A stretch of DNA of 38,614 nt from positions 1 to 38,614 of the forward strand of contig JBBDJZ010000008.1 in assembly GCA_040879625.1 (NCBI GenBank), given 5' to 3'. This DNA is from Minisyncoccota bacterium (GTDB lineage: Bacteria > Patescibacteriota > Minisyncoccia > Phycocordibacterales > JAXHMZ01). Positions within the stretch are counted from its first letter, which is position 1. Each line of letters begins with the position of its first letter. The translations under genes and the position numbers were made by a program. This document shows, piece after piece, positions 33,451-38,614 of this stretch. The notes under the pieces were generated by a model that saw only the letters and a program-made list of their open reading frames with translations, did no database searches and was not told the DNA's origin.

Positions 33451-33780
33451 ATGACACGATCACTTAAAAAAGGACCCTATCTCGATCCTCGACTTCTCAA
33501 AAAAATTGAGGGGAAGAAACCCAGTGATACCAAGCTCATAAAGACGTGGGCTCGCGCATCACAGATTTCACCTGAAATGGTAGGCTTTACTTTCGGCGTA
33601 CACAATGGTCGTGAACATCTTCCTGTTCTTGTTACTGAAGAAATGGTAGGACACAGGCTTGGTGAATTTTCACCAACACGCAAATTCTATCGACACGGTG
33701 GAAAGATGCAGAAAGAACTTGAAATGAAGAAACGAGAAGCAGAAATCTCAGCAGCGAAAGCTTCAAAAGCAACAGCATAA
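33451..33780 (+). CDS. rpsS: 30S ribosomal protein S19 (C-terminal extension)
   Basis: [12 protein letters not shown]...HNGR motif. Confidence 0.96.
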   Translation: MTRSLKKGPYLDPRLLKKIEGKKPSDTKLIKTWARASQISPEMVGFTFGVHNGREHLPVLVTEEMVGHRLGEFSPTRKFYRHGGKMQKELEMKKREAEISAAKASKATA

Positions 33781-33802
33781 GCAACTCGTATACATACCTA
33801 TC

Positions 33803-34132
33803 ATGAAAGCAATTCTTAAAAATTATCGACAATCTCCACGTAAGGTCCGACTCGTTGCTGATCTTGTTCGTGGGAAGCGAGCTGACGAATCTCTCTTGAC
33901 GCTTGAATTTACTCCAAAGAGAGCAAGCGAAACAGTGGCTGTGCTTATAGAATCTGCTGTTGCGAATGCAATGAATAATGACAATAAGAAACGAGAAAAT
34001 CTTTTTATAAGTGAAATTACGGTGGACGAAGGCTTTACTCTAAAAAGACATCGCCCTCGCGCTCGAGGCCGAGCCAGTAAAATTCGCAAGAGAACTTCTC
34101 ATATTACTGTAACTCTCGCAGAGAAGAAATAA
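33803..34132 (+). CDS. rplV: 50S ribosomal protein L22
   Basis: S10-operon order and L22 similarity. Confidence 0.95.
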   Translation: MKAILKNYRQSPRKVRLVADLVRGKRADESLLTLEFTPKRASETVAVLIESAVANAMNNDNKKRENLFISEITVDEGFTLKRHRPRARGRASKIRKRTSHITVTLAEKK

Positions 34133-34133
34133 C

Positions 34134-34820
34134 ATGACACATACTGTACACCCATATGCACATAGGATAGGAATCATTCGTGACTGGAAATCACGCTGGT
34201 TTGGTTCTAAAAAAACATACCCTGAGTTTTTGCGCTCTGATGTTATTATTCGTGGTCACATTGAAAAAAAGATGCGAGGCATGTATGTTTCTTCTGTCGA
34301 AATTGAAAGAAGTGAAAAAATGCTGAGAGTTATAATCAAAACATCTCGACCCGGTCTTATTATTGGTAGGAATGGTGAAGAAATTCAAAAACTTCGTACC
34401 TCTCTTACTAAGGCACTACGAAAAGCAAACTGTGTTGTACCTTCAGAAATGAAGCTTGATGTTGAAGAGATTAAATCTCCAGAGTCTGACGCTGGTATCG
34501 TTTCTGAAATGGTTCGTGAGGGACTTGAGCGCCGGATGCCGTTTCGTCGGGTTTTGAAACAAACCGCTGATAAGGTAATGGCTAACCGAGACGTGCAGGG
34601 TGTTCGTATTCGTGTCGCCGGCCGACTCGGGGGAGCTGATATGGCTCGAACTGAGACAATACGAAAAGGTCGCGTACCTCTTCAGACATTCAGATCTGAC
34701 ATTGATTTCTCAGAGATTAGAGCAAAAATTGCTCAAGGAACTCTTGGTATAAAAGTGTGGATCTATCGAGGAGAAATTTTTGAGGAAGAAAAGAATAAGC
34801 GTGGCGGACACATTAACTAA
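34134..34820 (+). CDS. rpsC: 30S ribosomal protein S3
   Basis: KH domain and S3 C-terminal domain. Confidence 0.96.
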   Translation: MTHTVHPYAHRIGIIRDWKSRWFGSKKTYPEFLRSDVIIRGHIEKKMRGMYVSSVEIERSEKMLRVIIKTSRPGLIIGRNGEEIQKLRTSLTKALRKANCVVPSEMKLDVEEIKSPESDAGIVSEMVREGLERRMPFRRVLKQTADKVMANRDVQGVRIRVAGRLGGADMARTETIRKGRVPLQTFRSDIDFSEIRAKIAQGTLGIKVWIYRGEIFEEEKNKRGGHIN

Positions 34821-34826
34821 AACGAT

Positions 34827-35243
34827 ATGTTATTCCCTAAAAAAGTTAAATACAGGAAGTGGCAAACACAACGGAAGCATCCGGATAAAATCGGAGTTGC
34901 CTCTAGGGGGGTTAATGTTGAGTTTGGCTCTCACGGTCTGAAGGCTACGACATATGCACGTATTCGCTCATATCAAATCGAAGCCGCCCGAAAAATTATT
35001 TCTCGTACAATTGGAAAAACAGGAAGAATGTGGATTCGTATTTTTCCAGATCGACCGTATACTCAAAAAGCAGCTGAGGTAGGCATGGGTAAAGGAAAGG
35101 GTGATCCTCAAGGCTACGAGTTTGAAACTCTGCCAGGACGCGTTCTTTTCGAGGTTGATGGAGTACCTGAAGATGTTGCGAGAGAAGCTTTAAGAAAAGG
35201 GGGTACAAAACTTCCAGTAAAAGTTAAAATTGTAGCTCGCTAA
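34827..35243 (+). CDS. rplP: 50S ribosomal protein L16
   Basis: MLFPKKVKYRK... and full-length similarity. Confidence 0.96.
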   Translation: MLFPKKVKYRKWQTQRKHPDKIGVASRGVNVEFGSHGLKATTYARIRSYQIEAARKIISRTIGKTGRMWIRIFPDRPYTQKAAEVGMGKGKGDPQGYEFETLPGRVLFEVDGVPEDVAREALRKGGTKLPVKVKIVAR

Positions 35244-35247
35244 TAAT

Positions 35248-35439
35248 ATGAAAACAAAAGAACTACAAAAGAAGAAAGACCAAGACCTTTTTAAGCTTCT
35301 TAAAGATAAGCAAGAGAGTTTGCGTGAATTTCGATTTGGCGTCTCTGGGGGAGGATCGAATAACACCAGTCAGGCTCAAACGTTTCGCAGGGAAATTGCT
35401 CAAATTCTTACGGAGCTTAACTCCCGCACCCGCAGTTAG
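35248..35439 (+). CDS. rpmC: 50S ribosomal protein L29
   Basis: 63 aa in the position between L16 and S17. Confidence 0.9.
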   Translation: MKTKELQKKKDQDLFKLLKDKQESLREFRFGVSGGGSNNTSQAQTFRREIAQILTELNSRTRS

Positions 35440-35444
35440 AAATA

Positions 35445-35705
35445 ATGATTATGGAAAAAACACAAGAAACAAAAGTTCGAAAAACAACACTCAAAGGACA
35501 GGTCGTCTCAACAAAAATGAAGGATACTGCGGTGGTTCTTGTTAATCGCTACGTAAAGCACCCAAAGTATAAGAAGTATATGAAAACGGGTAAGCGATAC
35601 AAAGCTCATGATGAGGGAAACACCGTTATGCTCGGAGATACCGTATTTATTGAGGAATGTTCACCAATTTCTAAAGATAAACGTTTTCGTGTAGTAGCAA
35701 AGTAA
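35445..35705 (+). CDS. rpsQ: 30S ribosomal protein S17
   Basis: LKGQVVSTKMKDTAVV... S17 fold signature. Confidence 0.94.
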   Translation: MIMEKTQETKVRKTTLKGQVVSTKMKDTAVVLVNRYVKHPKYKKYMKTGKRYKAHDEGNTVMLGDTVFIEECSPISKDKRFRVVAK

Positions 35706-35715
35706 TTGAAATACT

Positions 35716-36087
35716 ATGATTCAACCACAAACACTCGTAAAAATAACAGATAACTCCGGCGGAAAAATTGGACGTGTCTTCAAAGTTCTTGGTGGCTCGA
35801 AAAAGCGCTACGCTGAGATTGGTGACGTGGTTGTTCTTTCTGTTCAAACAGCAGAACCACGTAAACAGGTAAAGAAAAAAGACATTCTTCGTGGCCTCGT
35901 AGTTCGTCAACGAAAACCGTTTCGTCGAAAAGATGGTTCATATATTCGCTTTGATGAGAACGCAGTTGTTATTATTGAAAAAGAAAAACGAGAGCCTCGT
36001 GCGGGACGTGTGTTCGGTCCAATTCCTCGAGAAATATCAGAACTAGGGTATCAAAAAGTTGCCTCTCTCGCGCCGGAGATACTTTAA
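35716..36087 (+). CDS. rplN: 50S ribosomal protein L14
   Basis: MIQPQT...DNSG motif. Confidence 0.97.
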   Translation: MIQPQTLVKITDNSGGKIGRVFKVLGGSKKRYAEIGDVVVLSVQTAEPRKQVKKKDILRGLVVRQRKPFRRKDGSYIRFDENAVVIIEKEKREPRAGRVFGPIPREISELGYQKVASLAPEIL

Positions 36088-36166
36088 GAAGAGAATGTAT
36101 AGAGAGAGGTTGATATAAACAAGAGCAAATGCTAAGCTCTGAAAACTAACGTTCCGAAGTAAAAAC

Positions 36167-36475
36167 ATGAAAATTAAGAAAAACGACACCGTGGTGGTAA
36201 TCACCGGAAAAGATAAGGGAATTAAAGGAAAAGTTCTTGAAGCTTTCCCGCGTCTTTCCCGCGTTCTCGTTGAGGGGGTAAACGTAGTAAAAAAACACGA
36301 GAAGTCTCGAACTGAGGGAAATGCGGGTCAAATAATTGAAAAATCGCTTCCTATTCATGTTTCAAACGTAAGTCTTCTTGATCCAAAGGATGGAAAACCA
36401 ACTCGAGTTGGGTACGTAATTGAAAATGGTAAAAAAACTCGCGTCGCAAAGAAGAGTGGACAGAAAATTGCCTAA
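36167..36475 (+). CDS. rplX: 50S ribosomal protein L24
   Basis: A KOW motif ([15 protein letters not shown]). Confidence 0.95.
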   Translation: MKIKKNDTVVVITGKDKGIKGKVLEAFPRLSRVLVEGVNVVKKHEKSRTEGNAGQIIEKSLPIHVSNVSLLDPKDGKPTRVGYVIENGKKTRVAKKSGQKIA

Positions 36476-36487
36476 ACTATATATACT

Positions 36488-37039
36488 ATGACTGCAACAC
36501 TAAAAGAAAAACAAAACAAAGCATTTGATGTTCTCAAGGAAACGCTTGGTTTTAAAAACAGAATGCAAGCGCCGAAAATTGATAAGATTGTTATCTCTGT
36601 TGGCATTGGAAAAGTTGATGATAAAAACAAGGTAGCCCTTATTGAGGATCGGCTTGCGCGGATAACTGGCCAAAAGCCTGCAGCGCGACAAGCAAAGAAG
36701 TCTATTGCGACATTCAAGGTGCGTGAGGGTGATAAGGTTGGGTATCAAATTACACTTCGTGGACCACAAAAAGATGCGTTTTTTGATAAGCTTATTCATG
36801 TTGCTCTTCCTCGAACTCGCGACTTTCGTGGTTTGTCTCGTCAGTCTATTGATGAAATGGGTAACTATACGCTTGGAATTTCTGAGCACACCATTTTCCC
36901 TGAAACATCCGACGAAGAACTAAAGGACGTGTTTGGTCTTGCGGTTACCTTTGTAACAACAGCAGCTGATAAAAAAACAGCGCTTGCCTATCTTGAGTAT
37001 CTCGGCGTTCCGTTTAAAAAGGAAGAGACGTCTGCATAA
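36488..37039 (+). CDS. rplE: 50S ribosomal protein L5
   Basis: Full-length L5 similarity. Confidence 0.96.
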   Translation: MTATLKEKQNKAFDVLKETLGFKNRMQAPKIDKIVISVGIGKVDDKNKVALIEDRLARITGQKPAARQAKKSIATFKVREGDKVGYQITLRGPQKDAFFDKLIHVALPRTRDFRGLSRQSIDEMGNYTLGISEHTIFPETSDEELKDVFGLAVTFVTTAADKKTALAYLEYLGVPFKKEETSA

Positions 37040-37056
37040 AGTCTGATAATCTACAT

Positions 37057-37086
37057 AAAAAACCGGCAGATCAGTCGGTTTTTTTT
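37057..37086 (+). terminator. Intrinsic terminator directly after rplE
   Basis: AAAAAACCG-GCAGATCAGT-CGGTTTTTTTT. Confidence 0.7.
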
Positions 37087-37108
37087 ATTCTATATTTATA
37101 ACCTGCTG

Positions 37109-37117
37109 TGCTACAAT
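37109..37117 (+). promoter_or_regulatory. Extended -10 element TGcTACAAT
   Basis: It ends 6 nt before the ATG at 37124. Confidence 0.45.
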
Positions 37118-37123
37118 TTCCAT

Positions 37124-38452
37124 ATGAATGAGTCATTCGATAACGCACACAATAGTCCTCAAGAGGGTTTGGAGAGCCAACCTGAAAGAGTAGAGGGGCC
37201 AATAGAGGCGCCTGAATTTAACGAGGAGAGAATAGACAAAATTAAACTCAGAAAAGCCATAGAGATTGCGCAAGACGGAAAGACCGCGACTGCGCGCTTT
37301 GAGGAGCAGAAGGAAAGCGGGTTTGAAGGTATGAGTGAATCTGAGTTGCGAGCTGAAATACACCGTGCTGAACGTGCACATAGAGAAAAAGATGTTATTC
37401 GACTTGAGAAAATCTTAATGGATAAAGAAAGGGAGCGTGTTGTACAAGAAGATACTAATGAAGATGTACCTCAGGCAGAAGCTAGTGAGGCAGAAAAGGA
37501 AGTCATTACGGAACAACAGGACAGCGGTACCGCAGAGACTGGAGAGCCTGAAGTAGTAGAATCTCCTGTTGACACAACTGACAAACAAGAAGCACCTAAG
37601 AAGAGCTATGCTGAGCGGCTTTCAGAGCTTGCTCAAGAAAAGGATCCGCTCGGACTTGCAAAGGTTGCCCTCCGAGAAACTCTCGAAGAACTGGGTGTAA
37701 AGGAATCGTACTATATAAAAGCTGGACCATTCGAGCTTCTTGGTGCGGCTGACAAGCTTTCTGTGGTGAAAAGACATGAGGATTTTAAGCAAGGCCACCC
37801 TCAAGTTTCAGCGGATGACCAGAGTCTCTACTTAAAGGGTCTTATATACAAAGAGGTGGAAGAAAATACTGGGCTAGAAAGAGCCGAGTTACCAGAAGAA
37901 CCCAGCTCTCAGGAAGAAGTAAACGAGCAAGAGGGCGGGCAATTAAAAAATGAGACTGCTGAAGATGAAAAAGAAACAATGCCTGAGGATGCTTCTGGGC
38001 CTACCGAGATTGTGCCCGAAAGAGACGAAGTTGAACAAGTGAGTGGTAGCACACCTGAGGCTCAAGTAAATGAAACTGCTGACAAAGAACAGCTACAAAA
38101 TGAGCAGCAAGAGATATATGAAATGTATTTGCAGTACCTTGCTGGCAACAAGTCACTCTCAAAAACAATGGCAACACTTCGTAACCGTGTTCGCACTGCT
38201 TTTGAAAATGATGAGACCTATGAGACTCCTGACAAGCTTGCTGAAGCTATGCGCATGTTCGACTTGCATATTGAGAATCTCTTAAAAAATGACGAAAAAG
38301 GTAAGGCTGCACATACTTTTGTTACGACTTTTCTTAGTGCATCCGCAGACCAAGATAAAAATATTCCTAACGATGAGAAGGTAATGTATAAAGACGCACT
38401 CACGATACTTCTAGACGACAGAGACCTTGCTAACTTAAGAAACGCTGCTTAA
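37124..38452 (+). CDS. Hypothetical 442-aa highly acidic protein
   Basis: A long uninterrupted ORF with Glu/Asp/Gln-rich linkers between three helical-looking segments. It has no TM helix or signal peptide. I recognise no family. Confidence 0.55.
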   Translation: MNESFDNAHNSPQEGLESQPERVEGPIEAPEFNEERIDKIKLRKAIEIAQDGKTATARFEEQKESGFEGMSESELRAEIHRAERAHREKDVIRLEKILMDKERERVVQEDTNEDVPQAEASEAEKEVITEQQDSGTAETGEPEVVESPVDTTDKQEAPKKSYAERLSELAQEKDPLGLAKVALRETLEELGVKESYYIKAGPFELLGAADKLSVVKRHEDFKQGHPQVSADDQSLYLKGLIYKEVEENTGLERAELPEEPSSQEEVNEQEGGQLKNETAEDEKETMPEDASGPTEIVPERDEVEQVSGSTPEAQVNETADKEQLQNEQQEIYEMYLQYLAGNKSLSKTMATLRNRVRTAFENDETYETPDKLAEAMRMFDLHIENLLKNDEKGKAAHTFVTTFLSASADQDKNIPNDEKVMYKDALTILLDDRDLANLRNAA

Positions 38453-38550
38453 TAAGCACGGTAAGTACTAATTTATGCGGCCGAAGAGTCGCTTGTGTGA
38501 CTAACGGGCGACCACTCTGCGCACTAGTTTTGTGTTGCTGTTTCACCCAT

Positions 38551-38579
38551 TTGACAATGTCGGGCTCACTTGCTAATCT
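38551..38579 (+). promoter_or_regulatory. Promoter TTGACA-N17-TAATCT facing the window end
   Basis: -35 at 38551-38556 and -10 at 38574-38579. Confidence 0.5.
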
Positions 38580-38614
38580 TCTGTGGTAAAGCTTTTAGGG
38601 CTTTTTACTTTTGT

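Noticed and set aside
1-38614. Alternative genetic code 4 or 25 (TGA as a sense codon).
   Set aside because: All conserved proteins are full-length under the standard code, so there is no positive evidence for TGA as a sense codon. Only the absence of TGA as a stop is reported.

Overview
This 38.6-kb window comes from a compact, AT-leaning bacterial genome. No rRNA, tRNA, CRISPR array, transposase or integrase is visible. The style fits a small-genome CPR/Patescibacteria-like organism, but that is inference only. The supporting traits are core genes without Shine-Dalgarno (SD) sequences that are often leaderless, type IV pilus and ComEC DNA-uptake genes, a trigger factor without its PPIase domain, and basic tails on housekeeping proteins.

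Gene layout:
- 360-6735, minus strand: hup, rny, clpP, tig, a small membrane ORF, ppa, nusA.
- 6948-12747, plus strand: pilB, pilC and four prepilin-like genes in GspH/I/J/K-like order.
- 12786-17026: tpiA, pgk, a HIT gene (minus strand) and recJ.
- 17031-18366: a GC-rich non-core patch with two tandem minus-strand units and a third small ORF.
- 18455-22383: rnhA carrying a C-terminal hybrid-binding domain, then comEC split from its MBL domain by an antisense superoxide dismutase gene.
- 22390-24468: an accessory island of four cassettes, three of them with their own consensus-like promoters.
- 24479-37039: rpmB, an M50 protease, then rpsL-rpsG-fusA, tuf and the S10/spc ribosomal protein genes through rplE.
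- 37057-38579: the ribosomal cluster is cut by a terminator, a 442-aa acidic ORF and a new promoter.

Most interesting regions:
- The two GC-rich units at 17031-18024. Each has a near-consensus promoter and a shared, hairpin-rich 5' element of about 110 nt, followed by unrelated bodies.
- The 22.4-24.4 kb island. It encodes a basic/heptad/Cys-rich 87-aa protein, a truncated ClpP-like peptidase with an apparent Ser-His-Asp triad, a small acidic protein and a 3D-domain protein.

Window-wide oddities:
- None of the 49 called CDS ends in TGA.
- Core genes lack an SD, while the genes in the non-core patches mostly have a strong one.
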